IMG/VR virus record: IMGVR_UViG_3300037524_001870
Location: 1-44,184 of that record
Strand: one strand, 5' to 3'
Source of the DNA: a virus
Lineage: Duplodnaviria > Caudoviricetes
DNA: 44,184 bases
The position numbers and the translations under genes are program-made. Below the pieces are notes generated by a model. It had not been told where the DNA came from. It did not search any database and worked only from the letters and a program-made list of their open reading frames with translations. Below, piece after piece: positions 27,969 to 37,553 of this stretch. Position 1 is the stretch's first letter, and each line of letters opens with the position of its first letter.

Positions 27969-29102
27969 ATGGCTCTGAGTAAGAAAGTTTTCGAGATGAT
28001 GCGCAAGAAGGCCGAGGAAGTCACCAGTTTCAGTGGCGACGGTCGGCGAATTGATCTTACTGGCTCAAAGGCTGTTGTTCGTCCCGGAGGCAAAGTAACA
28101 ATTCGTTTGCTTCCCCGGTGGGACAGCAACGAAGACGAAATGATTTTTGTTCCGGCAAAGCAGCACTGGTTCACCAACGCTTCCGGTCAACTGCAACCTG
28201 CATGGTGCGCTGCAACTCTGAAAAAGCCTTGTCCTTTTTGCGAGAGAGTCAAGGAACTCCGACGAAGTAGCGATCCCGAATTGCAGGCCCAAGCCGATGA
28301 ACTCGAAGCTCGGGAAGTTTTTCTGGTCAACGCTGTTGTCGGAAAAGCTGGCGAGCGAACGATGGATGACGTTGGCTACATTGTTTTGACCGGTCCCCAA
28401 TTTAGCCAGATTATTTCCATCATGACTGGCGACGGGGACGAAGACGAAGCCTTTGGGGACGTGTCCGACATCAACGAGGGCTACGATTTGATTTTCAGCA
28501 GGCCAGCCGGAAAGGGTGGTCGATGGGACATCAAGCCTGCCAAGCAAGCCTCCCCTCTGTATACCATGAAGGAAAAGGCTTTGTGGAAGGGTTTCTCCGA
28601 CGGGCTTCTCGATTTGGAAGCTTTCCTTCGCGACAATACCCGGGCCTACAAGGATAATTACAAAGCTTTGTTTGGGACCGAGCCGGATTCCGATGCAGTC
28701 GTCTCCGATAGCGAGGACGAGGTAGAGGAAGAGGTCGTGCAAAAGAAGGCCGTGGCAAAAAAGAAAAAGGCCGTAATCGAGGAAGAGCCCGAGGAAGAAA
28801 CGCCGGTTGCTGAGGAAGAGGAAGAAGAAGCGGCCGACGAAGAGGAAGAGGACGAGGAAGTCGAAGACGAGGATGAGGAAGTAGAGGACGAGGACGAAGA
28901 GGAAGATGACGAGGAACTCGAAGACGAGGATGAGGAAGTAGAGGACGAGGACGAAGAGGAGGAAGAGGAGGAAGAGGAAGCGGACGAGGAAGATCTCTTC
29001 GAAGAACTCGAACGCGCTGTAGGATCCAAGGCTGCGAAGCAGGCACCCAAACCGACCAAGGCGTCGAAGCCTGCTGCCAAAGCTTCCCCTCGTAAGAAGT
29101 AA
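27969..29102 (+). CDS. gp32-like single-stranded DNA-binding protein with very long acidic tail
   Basis: IRLLP, H..., C...CPFCE zinc motif and D..EGYD; about 110 residues of Asp/Glu-rich sequence. Confidence 0.8.
   Translation: MALSKKVFEMMRKKAEEVTSFSGDGRRIDLTGSKAVVRPGGKVTIRLLPRWDSNEDEMIFVPAKQHWFTNASGQLQPAWCAATLKKPCPFCERVKELRRSSDPELQAQADELEAREVFLVNAVVGKAGERTMDDVGYIVLTGPQFSQIISIMTGDGDEDEAFGDVSDINEGYDLIFSRPAGKGGRWDIKPAKQASPLYTMKEKALWKGFSDGLLDLEAFLRDNTRAYKDNYKALFGTEPDSDAVVSDSEDEVEEEVVQKKAVAKKKKAVIEEEPEEETPVAEEEEEEAADEEEEDEEVEDEDEEVEDEDEEEDDEELEDEDEEVEDEDEEEEEEEEEADEEDLFEELERAVGSKAAKQAPKPTKASKPAAKASPRKK
28861..28960 (+). repeat. 43-bp direct repeat (57-bp period) in the acidic tail
   Basis: TCGAAGACGAGGATGAGGAAGTAGAGGACGAGGACGAAGAGGA at 28861 and 28918. 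Confidence 0.85.
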
Positions 29103-29114
29103 AGGAAAATTCCA

Positions 29115-30239
29115 GTGACTCGGAGTGATATTCGACGCAAGCTGATGCAGAAAGCTGCCTCAGTTGTTGAAAGAAAGTTTGGCGATAACGTTCTTGTCGA
29201 AGTAGCCTCCGAGTCTCTTTCCGTTCCTGAGCTTTGGGTTTCTACCGGGAGTTGGGCCCTCGACAGAATTTGTCGGGGGTTCAACCCCGGGGGCTTTCCA
29301 GTAGGACCAAAGCGTGGCCGTATTGTTCATATTGCTGGAGAATGGAGTACAGCAAAAAGTTTGATACTGGACCACGCTTTTCTTTCGGTACTCAATTTGG
29401 AAAACGGTTTTGCTCTCTGCTCAGAATCTGAAGGGACTCGCGACACTTACTTCCCGGAGCGTATCGGCCTCGACTTATCTCTTTTGCAGCTACTAGTTGC
29501 ACCTCAGTCAATCGAACACGCTTTTGACAGTGGCTTGGAATTCATTAAAAATATTCGAACCGAAGCCCCTGACGCTCCTATACTGTGGGGCGTTGATTCC
29601 ATCGAAGCCATGGAACCTTCCCGAACCATGGATACGGAGTTGTCAAACACTGGGAGCTTTCAATATGGTGGCGGGCGCAGTCAAGCTTTGGGTACTTCGT
29701 TTAGGCGTGCCGTCCGAGAAGTTGCAAGACATCCAACAACCCTTGTTCTGATAAATCAGACTAGAGATGATCCCATGGTTTTGTTTGGGAGCAAGAAAAG
29801 AACTCCCGGAGGAAATGCCCCACACTTCTTTGCCTCGCTGGAAATAATGCTTCAACCCTCTAGGCGAGGAAAAGTTTTTGGAAAATACACGGGTGTAAAG
29901 ATTTCGAAAGAACAGCGCAAAAAGCTTGGAATGGCCGTCACTGAGAAAGGCGAAATGTTGGGCTTCTGGATTCGAGCCCAAATTACAAAGACAAAACTTG
30001 GAAGCACGCTGCACAAGGAGTGCCATTTCTATCTAGACTTTCAAAAAGGCTTGTCGAAAACGGCAGGCCTTTTTGAGTTGCTTCAAACCGAAGGGTTGAT
30101 TGCCGAAAAGAATGGCAAGGTTGTTCAAGTTGTTCCCGGCGAAAACGGCAAACCTTCTGGTCGTTCTTTTGAAAGCAAGGAGGAGTGGGAATTATGGATA
30201 GCAGAGAACGAGTGGGCTTTGGGCCAGATCCAAACATAG
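29115..30239 (+). CDS. recA: RecA/UvsX-like recombinase
   Basis: STGS.ALD, G.P.GRIV.I.G, Walker A variant GEWSTAKS, VDS, INQ.R and TPGG.A..F.AS motifs. Confidence 0.88.
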   Translation: MTRSDIRRKLMQKAASVVERKFGDNVLVEVASESLSVPELWVSTGSWALDRICRGFNPGGFPVGPKRGRIVHIAGEWSTAKSLILDHAFLSVLNLENGFALCSESEGTRDTYFPERIGLDLSLLQLLVAPQSIEHAFDSGLEFIKNIRTEAPDAPILWGVDSIEAMEPSRTMDTELSNTGSFQYGGGRSQALGTSFRRAVREVARHPTTLVLINQTRDDPMVLFGSKKRTPGGNAPHFFASLEIMLQPSRRGKVFGKYTGVKISKEQRKKLGMAVTEKGEMLGFWIRAQITKTKLGSTLHKECHFYLDFQKGLSKTAGLFELLQTEGLIAEKNGKVVQVVPGENGKPSGRSFESKEEWELWIAENEWALGQIQT

Positions 30240-30769
30240 CTGTAGTTACCGAATCGAAACAAACGTGGGTTTGGGTTTTGGAGTCTTTGATTCAAATCTT
30301 GAACTCGAACAACACAATGCTGAACGACAAAGCAGAGCTTTTGTATCTTTCTTCGATTGCTTTGTCTGAGTCTCACGGACGCCCGGAGTTGAAATCTGCT
30401 GAGCGCAAGTTTTTTTTAGATCAATGTGACGGAAGTTTATCTTTTTTGAACATTTCTTCCCTTTTTGCTTTGAGCTGTGTGTACCTTTGCTACAATATTT
30501 TGAATTACATAGATGCGTCCGAGAATGAAGATGCTATCTCGGTAAGGCTGAATAGATCTCAGATTGACGGAAAAGTTTTACTTGGAACAATTCGTTGCGT
30601 GAATGCCCTCGGCTTCCGAGTTTCTCTACTGACGGGAATTGACGGTTCGAGGCTCTACAGTATCCTGAAAGGTTTTTTCTCCCCAAACGTAATTTCAGAA
30701 GCAGAAGAGGTTGTCGATGGATCCATCTCTGAACTGTTGAACATCATAGAAACTTCGGGGGAATGCTAA
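30185..30769 (+). CDS. Hypothetical protein
   Basis: Long helical ORF in the operon; start uncertain. Confidence 0.5.
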   Translation: MGIMDSRERVGFGPDPNIAVVTESKQTWVWVLESLIQILNSNNTMLNDKAELLYLSSIALSESHGRPELKSAERKFFLDQCDGSLSFLNISSLFALSCVYLCYNILNYIDASENEDAISVRLNRSQIDGKVLLGTIRCVNALGFRVSLLTGIDGSRLYSILKGFFSPNVISEAEEVVDGSISELLNIIETSGEC

Positions 30770-31431
30770 TGCAGGTGAATTCAGATGTTCGCGATATTCT
30801 TTTGGATGAAAAGTTTTTGTCTTTTTTGTGTCGCTATTGCGACCAGACTACAGACGTCTACAGAAAAATCATCAAAGAATTCCTGAGCAAACCTGTGCCT
30901 GTTGTATTGGTTCAACGCGAGAGAGGAAAACTCGCCAGCTTGGTTTGGGCTCTCAGCTCGGATTCTGCAATTTCTCTGACTTCTAACTTGGGAGCTGAAG
31001 AGCGCTCCGTGAATAGGATCTCTCCTGAAATTCGTCAAAAGTTTACTGAAGTTTTGAAACGTTGTAATTCGGAATTGACGGACACTAAACAGTTTCCCAA
31101 GACATTTGAGATCAGTAGGGAATCCTTTGTTTTGCTGATGTATCAATTACTCAGCGCCTACTCTCTCGGAGCGTATTACACCACAACGTTCTTGTCTGAT
31201 GTTGCTGGAAAATCGAAAGGAGTGCCCGAGCTACTTTCAGCCCCGAGATACACGTTTGCGTACAAGTTCAGTGAACTTTGTTTGCGAGTTGCAATTTACT
31301 TGCTGGCTCTTGTGGACTTTTCCTCCACGATGCAAATCGACGCCGATGCAAGAACGTTTGCTATTGCTTCGTTTGGCGTTGCTCTAACATGTCGAGACCT
31401 AAACCTTAACTGCTCAAAGAAGCCAGACTAA
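30763..31431 (+). CDS. Hypothetical protein
   Basis: 222 aa; GGGGG SD. Confidence 0.55.
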   Translation: MLMQVNSDVRDILLDEKFLSFLCRYCDQTTDVYRKIIKEFLSKPVPVVLVQRERGKLASLVWALSSDSAISLTSNLGAEERSVNRISPEIRQKFTEVLKRCNSELTDTKQFPKTFEISRESFVLLMYQLLSAYSLGAYYTTTFLSDVAGKSKGVPELLSAPRYTFAYKFSELCLRVAIYLLALVDFSSTMQIDADARTFAIASFGVALTCRDLNLNCSKKPD

Positions 31432-31449
31432 GCCGAGGCTATTTCAGCC

Positions 31450-32592
31450 ATGCCAAGCGAGAAAAAATTTAGTTGTGTTTTATGCGCAGACATTCACATT
31501 CATCCACATAGAATTTGTTCCAATGACGGTGGGAAAGATCGGCTGAAAGATGGTCTGGTCGCTTTGGCTTTTGTTTCAAACTTTGCGATCTCAAAATCTT
31601 GCCCACTGATAATTGCTGGCGATCTAAAACAACGTGAAGGTGTTTGGCCTCAGGACGCTCTAGCTGGCGTACTAGAAATTCTGCGCGAAGTATCTAAGGC
31701 CGTTCCCATTGTCATTCTTTCAGGCAATGGTGGTCACGACGGAACTTCTGTGCATTCCGATGGTCGAACCGGGATTATCCCTTTTCAGGACCTAGCAGAA
31801 TTGTATTGGCGTCCCGGCTTTTGCTCTAAGTTTTCCGTGCCTTTGGCTATTTGGCCTTGGCAACCAACAACCGATGCACTCCCCGGATTTTTGAATCACG
31901 CCAAAGCTAAGCGGGCGAGAGTACTTGTTGGGCACGGATTCTTCGAAGGCGTGTCTGTAGGTAGTCACGACTACACTCCAAGAAATGCTCCTCTGACCAT
32001 GGAGCTTTTCGGGCTTTCGAAATCCGAACAAAGAAAGCGTGTCTTCGACGTAGCTTTATTCGGGGACATTCACAAGCGTCAAACTCTTGGTGATCCTACT
32101 TTGAGCAAGAAGGGAGTCGTGGTTTATCCCGGCTCCCTTTATGCCCAAAGATGGGATGAGCTTGAAACAGACAAAGGCGCACTGTATGTGGAAATGGTTT
32201 TTTTCAACGACTACGTAGTAGACCTGCACATTGAACCTGTGGTTACTCCACACCCAAGATTCAGGGTTATCGACCTGACAAACTCGAAAGTGGAAGACCA
32301 TGCTTGGGAATCTTTTTCGGGGGACTTTGTTAGAGTTGTTTGTCCACCTCTGTTTAGCTCAGACATTCTAAAAAGTTTGCGTGAGCGATCAAAATGCCGA
32401 GTTTTCGAAGCTCTGCCATCTCAAGGCCAAACTCCAAAATCCGAGCGCAGAGCCTCGATAACTCCCGATATGTCGGAGAGGGATTTGGTGAAAAACTACA
32501 TTTTGTCAAATCCCCCTCCTGACTATCTTCCAGTACGCGACGTTGCCAAGTTTGGCCTCGAAGCTTGGACAGCCTCTCGGAGGTTGAAGTAG
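31450..32592 (+). CDS. sbcD: Mre11/SbcD-like metallophosphoesterase nuclease
   Basis: ADIH, AGDL, GNGGHD, GH, GDIH and YPGS motifs; adjacent to the Rad50-like gene. Confidence 0.88.
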   Translation: MPSEKKFSCVLCADIHIHPHRICSNDGGKDRLKDGLVALAFVSNFAISKSCPLIIAGDLKQREGVWPQDALAGVLEILREVSKAVPIVILSGNGGHDGTSVHSDGRTGIIPFQDLAELYWRPGFCSKFSVPLAIWPWQPTTDALPGFLNHAKAKRARVLVGHGFFEGVSVGSHDYTPRNAPLTMELFGLSKSEQRKRVFDVALFGDIHKRQTLGDPTLSKKGVVVYPGSLYAQRWDELETDKGALYVEMVFFNDYVVDLHIEPVVTPHPRFRVIDLTNSKVEDHAWESFSGDFVRVVCPPLFSSDILKSLRERSKCRVFEALPSQGQTPKSERRASITPDMSERDLVKNYILSNPPPDYLPVRDVAKFGLEAWTASRRLK

Positions 32593-34488
32593 ATGCTCAA
32601 ACAACTAAATTTTTTGGAAGTAGAAAACTTTATTTCATTTCGCAAACACGTTCGTGTTCCACTGTCCAATCGAGGTTTGGTTTACATTCGAGGGGATAAC
32701 CAAGTAAGCAATTCCTCCGATTCGAACGGCGTCGGAAAAACAACGCTTGTCGTTGATGCTCTTAGCTGGTGCTTTTTTGGACAAACGTTTAAGGGCTCAA
32801 GAGCTGACTCTGTTATCAATCGTTTTTCGACAGAAAAGAAATGCTACGTGTCTGTTGGTTTTCGTGATTCGGAAGACCGGGACTGGACCGTTATTCGAGA
32901 ACGCCCTCACCGGATAGCCTTGATCGGGAACTCTGTAAAATTCTCAGGTCAAGAAGCCGAGCAAGTTTTGTCTGGCTTGCTCGGCTTTGGTTTCCGAACT
33001 TTTTCAAACGCAATGATTTTCGGCCAAGGTGCTTTCTCCAGATTTGCAGATGCTAACCAAGCGGAAAAGCTAAAAATTTTCGATGAAATTCTTGGAGTAG
33101 ATTTCAAACGCTTGCAAGATTTTGCCAAGTCCAAGAGGCAGCTAGCTGAAAGTGGACTGGAAGCGATTCGTGGTTTGTCTCAATCCACTGAGCGCTCTAT
33201 TGCAGAAATCACCGAAACGATAAACGAACTCCAACAAGCGAGGGCTTCTTTCCTAGACTCCAGAGAAAAAGAACTTTCCGACATTCGAGCGAAGATTGCT
33301 CAGGCAAAGCAGAAAGTTTCTGAGGCCTTGAGCAGAGAGGCCCAGTTTGAAAAAGGTGAACAAAAACTTTTGTCTGCCAAGAGAAAGCTTTCAGTTCAAG
33401 ACACAAAGCGTGCAGAGATTGAATCCCTGTCTTCCCAGATTGACACTCTCATTCGCCATGCAGAGAAGTTGAAGTCTAAAAAAGATTTCCTAGAAAGTTC
33501 AGTAGCCAATGTTTTGCAGCAGGGTTTGTGCCCTAGTTGCTTTCGACCGGCTGTTACTCGGGCGCAGAAAGCAGACGTGCAGGCGGCTTTCGAACCTCAC
33601 CTCAACGAGATTGCCTTACCCCTTGAAACAATACAAACAAATCTGAATCTGCTAACTGCTAAACTAAAGAAATGCCAATCAGAACTTTCAGACATCATCA
33701 AAAATGATGGGCTTGAATTTACGGAAAAGGATGTTCAGAAACTTCGCATGAAGTACGGGCCTGACGCGAAGCGCTTCTTAGATTCAATCGTAACCTCAGC
33801 AAGAAAGCATGTGGAAGATCTTTCCAATCTGGAAACTTCCGTCGCTTCCAAAGAATGGGATGGCGCCGAAACTCTGCGCAAGTTGACTTCAAAGGTTTCA
33901 AAACTTACCGAAGAACTCAAATCTCATAAACTAGAAGTTGTAAAAGCTTCGAAGGATGTTGCGATAGCAGATTACTGGGTTACGGCTTTCGGCGATCGTG
34001 GAATTCGGTCGATGTTCCTAGACGGAGTTTCCGAGGTATTGAATTCTCGGTTGGCCTATCACTTGCAACATTTGGCTTGTGGCGAAGCTCATGTTGTCGT
34101 TTCTCCCCAAAGCGAAAATGCTAAGGGCGACAAGAAAGAAAAGTTTACTGTAGATGCTCAATGGGATTGGGGCGCCGAAGAATACTACGAGGGCAGCGGG
34201 GGACAAGAGCGCCGAGTAGATCTCGCCATATTCCTCGCACTTCAGGATCTGGCTGAAAAGTCTTCTGGCTTGTTCTTCCCGATCAGAATTTTCGATCAGC
34301 CCGAGGAAGGTTTGGATGCTCGTGGACTAGAACTGTTTGGTGAGTGGATGAAGTCCGAAGCCAAGAAGCGGGGAACGGCGATCTTGATAACACACAATCC
34401 AATTCTTGCGGACTCTGTGCTTCCAGATGAAATTTGGACTATTCGCTTGACAGAGGAAGGGAGCGATGTCGAAATCTCAACAAACTGA
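32593..34488 (+). CDS. sbcC: Rad50/SbcC-like ABC ATPase
   Basis: ENF.SF, NGVGKT, Q-loop FGQG, zinc hook CPSC, SGGQ, IFDQP..GLD and ITH motifs. Confidence 0.9.
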   Translation: MLKQLNFLEVENFISFRKHVRVPLSNRGLVYIRGDNQVSNSSDSNGVGKTTLVVDALSWCFFGQTFKGSRADSVINRFSTEKKCYVSVGFRDSEDRDWTVIRERPHRIALIGNSVKFSGQEAEQVLSGLLGFGFRTFSNAMIFGQGAFSRFADANQAEKLKIFDEILGVDFKRLQDFAKSKRQLAESGLEAIRGLSQSTERSIAEITETINELQQARASFLDSREKELSDIRAKIAQAKQKVSEALSREAQFEKGEQKLLSAKRKLSVQDTKRAEIESLSSQIDTLIRHAEKLKSKKDFLESSVANVLQQGLCPSCFRPAVTRAQKADVQAAFEPHLNEIALPLETIQTNLNLLTAKLKKCQSELSDIIKNDGLEFTEKDVQKLRMKYGPDAKRFLDSIVTSARKHVEDLSNLETSVASKEWDGAETLRKLTSKVSKLTEELKSHKLEVVKASKDVAIADYWVTAFGDRGIRSMFLDGVSEVLNSRLAYHLQHLACGEAHVVVSPQSENAKGDKKEKFTVDAQWDWGAEEYYEGSGGQERRVDLAIFLALQDLAEKSSGLFFPIRIFDQPEEGLDARGLELFGEWMKSEAKKRGTAILITHNPILADSVLPDEIWTIRLTEEGSDVEISTN

Positions 34489-34693
34489 CTTGGTAGCCCA
34501 TCCACCCCATTACACGTTTGGCTCAATCGAAGTAATCTGCGCCATCGAAGATTGGGATCTTGATTTTCACACCGGGAATGCTGTTAAATACATTGCCAGA
34601 GCTAAGCACAAAAACGCGGAGATCGAAGACTACCGAAAGGCCATCTGGTATCTGCAAAGAAAGATCGAATTGCTGGAGACCAGAACAAAATAA
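34466..34693 (+). CDS. DUF3310-like protein
   Basis: V.HP.HY...IE.I, GNAVKY..R..HK and ED..KA.WYL motifs. Confidence 0.85.
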   Translation: MSKSQQTDLVAHPPHYTFGSIEVICAIEDWDLDFHTGNAVKYIARAKHKNAEIEDYRKAIWYLQRKIELLETRTK

Positions 34694-34713
34694 ATTTTTA
34701 CGTAGAGGTTGCA

Positions 34714-35334
34714 ATGCGAGCTTCGTCAGCGAAAAACAAAGGTATGCGATTGCAGCAGAAAGTCGCCGAATTTCTTGCTGTAAATTTCAATTTGAAAATC
34801 GAAGCTCGATCATGCAAAGCGAAACCAAACACCCATGCTCTCTACGTGAGCGAAAATGAACTTCCCGATTTACGAATTCGACCCTCAGGTCATGCTGGAA
34901 CTGATGTGATTCTGGTTTCTGACAAAGCCCATAAATTGCTGCGCTTTCCTTCTTGCCAATCGTTCAGCATAGAATGCAAAAATGTTGAAGCGTGGTCTTT
35001 GGGTCGAGACTTCTGGGTTGGAAAATTGCCAGCCTTGTTTCTCTCTGCGATGCGTCAAGCTTCCCAGCATCCCGGGTTCCCGATCCTTTTCCTCTCAAAG
35101 AATCACTGGCCGATCATCGTGGCTTGCAAACCTTTTCCGGGTATGCTAACGTTTCTCCGTAAGTCGAAGCGCCCCGTGGTCCTCAGTGCTGGATTGATCT
35201 TGTTTCCAATATCAGAACTTCCCAGCCTTGTTTCCATGGGGCAGAAAGGAGGCTCAAGTGAAGCCCAAGAAAAAAGTAAAAGGGGGTATTCTGGATGCAC
35301 AAGTGGTAGAGGAATTGGAACGCGAAGCTCGTAA
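34714..35334 (+). CDS. PD-(D/E)xK nuclease, Holliday junction resolvase-like
   Basis: SAKNKG.RLQ..V, G.DV, IECKN and QA motifs. Confidence 0.78.
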   Translation: MRASSAKNKGMRLQQKVAEFLAVNFNLKIEARSCKAKPNTHALYVSENELPDLRIRPSGHAGTDVILVSDKAHKLLRFPSCQSFSIECKNVEAWSLGRDFWVGKLPALFLSAMRQASQHPGFPILFLSKNHWPIIVACKPFPGMLTFLRKSKRPVVLSAGLILFPISELPSLVSMGQKGGSSEAQEKSKRGYSGCTSGRGIGTRSS

Positions 35335-35524
35335 GCCCGATCCTCCTCCAACATTTCCTGCCAAAGTAGATGGGCGATCTGCTGTGTTTAGAACTAGCTT
35401 TGATCGAACTGTTTGGATGGAAGCTTGGCAGATGGTTTTGGCTTACAAGCAAAAAGACAAGAAACATTTTCGAGCAAGTCTGAACAGGATGTTGGAAGCG
35501 GGGATGAAAGGTTTTTCGAAATGA
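35258..35524 (+). CDS. Hypothetical protein
   Basis: AGGAGG SD before GTG 35258; overlaps the end of the resolvase gene. Confidence 0.5.
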   Translation: MKPKKKVKGGILDAQVVEELEREARKPDPPPTFPAKVDGRSAVFRTSFDRTVWMEAWQMVLAYKQKDKKHFRASLNRMLEAGMKGFSK

Positions 35525-35688
35525 AACCTAGAACTGTTGTAATCACCTTTGAGTGTGAAACGGATGCTCCCCTCAGCATTTTGCGAGCCAAGTCGAACTA
35601 CGAAATTATGGTTATGGGCCCGAAGGCTGAGGACAAGGAGTATCAACTAGAACCCAAGCAACTACACGCAAACGTTATCGAGAAGTAA
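35521..35688 (+). CDS. Hypothetical protein (55 aa)
   Basis: ATG overlaps the previous stop; ends just before the HNH gene. Confidence 0.55.
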   Translation: MKPRTVVITFECETDAPLSILRAKSNYEIMVMGPKAEDKEYQLEPKQLHANVIEK

Positions 35689-36231
35689 GTGGGTGTATTC
35701 AACAAAAAATCTCGTAACCTAAGATCACGATTCTGGTCTAAGGTTTACAAGAGTGCCGACGGTTGTTGGATTTGGACAGCATCTGTGCGGACTGACGGAT
35801 ACGGCCAGATTGGTGTTGGAAACAAAGTGCTCGCTTCTCATCGTGTAGCGTACCAACTTGAAAATGGCCCAATCCCTCCCGGGATGGTTGTTTGCCATAA
35901 GTGCGATAATCAGCTTTGCGTAAATCCCGAACATTTATACTTGGATACTCAAGTTGAAAACATTCGGGATATGGTTACAAAGAAAAGAAACTTTCGCCCT
36001 TTTGGCAATATCAACGGGATGCGTAAACATCCCGATCGAGTTCCGAGAGGTGAAAAGCACGGCCAATCAAAAATAACTCAGAAGGAGGCTTCCGAAATCC
36101 GAGAGATTCGAACATCAAAAGGCTGGACAATTCGTAGGCTCGCCAAATTTTTCGACATTAGCCCTTCAACTGTCAGAGACATCTTAAACGGTAAAACGTG
36201 GAGAGGAGTTCCAAATGGCAAAGAAGTCTGA
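35689..36231 (+). CDS. HNH homing endonuclease with C-terminal HTH
   Basis: RFWSKV, CWIW, GYG, HRVAY, HKCDN..CVNPEHL, GE.H..SKIT and an HTH. Confidence 0.92.
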   Translation: MGVFNKKSRNLRSRFWSKVYKSADGCWIWTASVRTDGYGQIGVGNKVLASHRVAYQLENGPIPPGMVVCHKCDNQLCVNPEHLYLDTQVENIRDMVTKKRNFRPFGNINGMRKHPDRVPRGEKHGQSKITQKEASEIREIRTSKGWTIRRLAKFFDISPSTVRDILNGKTWRGVPNGKEV

Positions 36232-36976
36232 AGCTCAAGCAGTATTGGATGAATTTTTCAGTGATGATGAAGAAACCAAGCCCCGGCGTAAAAAGCTATC
36301 CAAGGTGAAGGTTGTTGAGCCTGAGGAAGACGAAGAAGAGGAAGAGGAAGAAGAGGAGGAGGCCCCTCCCAAGAAGAAGCGGCGTGCAGTTGCTGATCAA
36401 CCCTCTCCGAAAAAGAAGCGCCGGGTTGTCGTAGAGGAAGCTCAGGAAGAGGACGAAGAGGAAGAGGAGGAGGAAGAGGAAGAGGAAGAGGAAGAAGAGG
36501 AGGCCCCTCCCAAGAAGAAGCGGCGTGCAGTTGCCGAGAAAGTTGTTCGCGCTCCAACGACTACTCGACGCAAGGTTGAGATCCCTTCTGAAGACCTGAA
36601 GCCCAAGAAGGTCCGGAAGCTCAGAGCCCAACAGGCACTTTCCGAAGTTTCCGGGAAAGTTGCAAAGCTTCGAGAAAAGAAGGCTGAGACCAAGGAATCT
36701 CGAAGAGGCGGAACTCCGAGGCACGAGGCCTACGAAGTTGAGGTTGAAGCCAACATTGAAATTCCCCCCAAGCAAAAGCGCCGGGCTTTCAAGCGCATCC
36801 CTCTTGAACTCCTGAAAAAGGTTGGACAGAGTTTCCTGCTTGATGATGAGGAGTTGACAGCTTCAACGGTAGCGCTTCAGATCAGTCTCTTTAAGCGAGA
36901 CCCGGATAACGAGGGTATCGAATTTTGCTACCGAACAATCACGGACGAAGGCATTCGAATTTGGAGAACTGCGTAA
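36215..36976 (+). CDS. Low-complexity acidic/basic protein with small C-terminal DNA-binding-like domain
   Basis: Poly-Glu blocks, PKKKRR x3, and a C-terminal VGQSF...GIRIWR motif. Confidence 0.7.
   Translation: MAKKSEAQAVLDEFFSDDEETKPRRKKLSKVKVVEPEEDEEEEEEEEEEAPPKKKRRAVADQPSPKKKRRVVVEEAQEEDEEEEEEEEEEEEEEEEAPPKKKRRAVAEKVVRAPTTTRRKVEIPSEDLKPKKVRKLRAQQALSEVSGKVAKLREKKAETKESRRGGTPRHEAYEVEVEANIEIPPKQKRRAFKRIPLELLKKVGQSFLLDDEELTASTVALQISLFKRDPDNEGIEFCYRTITDEGIRIWRTA
36356..36534 (+). repeat. 38-bp direct repeat (141-bp period) encoding EEAPPKKKRRAVA
   Basis: GAGGAGGCCCCTCCCAAGAAGAAGCGGCGTGCAGTTGC at 36356 and 36497. Confidence 0.85.
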
Positions 36977-37440
36977 TGCCTCTTTTTCCTCGCTCTTGGT
37001 ACAAGTCTTCACATCAGCGGCGGGTGGAAGCTTTCATGAGGGGATCGGGCCAAGCGGTCCCCTCTTTTCCACAAATGCCAACTGAAGGCACACGAAAACT
37101 TCGGGCAGCTTTGATTCTGGAAGAATGCTTGGAAACAATCGAGGCTCTCGGTTATCGAATTGTACTCAAGGATGGCTCTCCGGCTCTGACGCCTGTTCCG
37201 TACAACAGCTCTTTCTCTCTGGAGAAGATCATTGATGGATGCTGTGACGTTCAGGTCGTTACTACCGGGACCCTTTCCGCCTGTGGCGTTCCGGACATGC
37301 CTTTCCTGATTGAAGTAGACCGAAACAATCTGGACAAAGTTGAACATCCGTGTCGAAATTATGACACAAACGGGAAGCTTCTAAAGCCTAAGGGCCATTC
37401 CCCTCCCCGAATTACGGAAATCCTAAGCCGATTCCGGTGA
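36976..37440 (+). CDS. MazG-like / PRA-PH nucleotide pyrophosphohydrolase
   Basis: LILEE..E, DG..D..VV..G, EV.RNN..K and GK.LKP.G..PP motifs; TAATG coupling. Confidence 0.82.
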   Translation: MPLFPRSWYKSSHQRRVEAFMRGSGQAVPSFPQMPTEGTRKLRAALILEECLETIEALGYRIVLKDGSPALTPVPYNSSFSLEKIIDGCCDVQVVTTGTLSACGVPDMPFLIEVDRNNLDKVEHPCRNYDTNGKLLKPKGHSPPRITEILSRFR

Positions 37441-37553
37441 TGGGGGGCTAGAAAAGAGCCTGCTAGAATTTACGTACGCCTCAGCCTAGGGTTTTTGGGG
37501 GGTATACGTACCTCCCCCCTAAGCTGGGGGTTTTCAGATGCTGTGGGGGGAAG

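Noticed and set aside
28065-29284. Long minus-strand ORFs (poly-Ser, Pro/Leu-rich), also at 36258-36775 and 3177-3538
   Set aside because: Antisense shadows of low-complexity plus-strand genes.
35689-36231. HNH gene as part of a group I intron
   Set aside because: It abuts intact neighbouring ORFs with no room for intron core structure; it appears free-standing.
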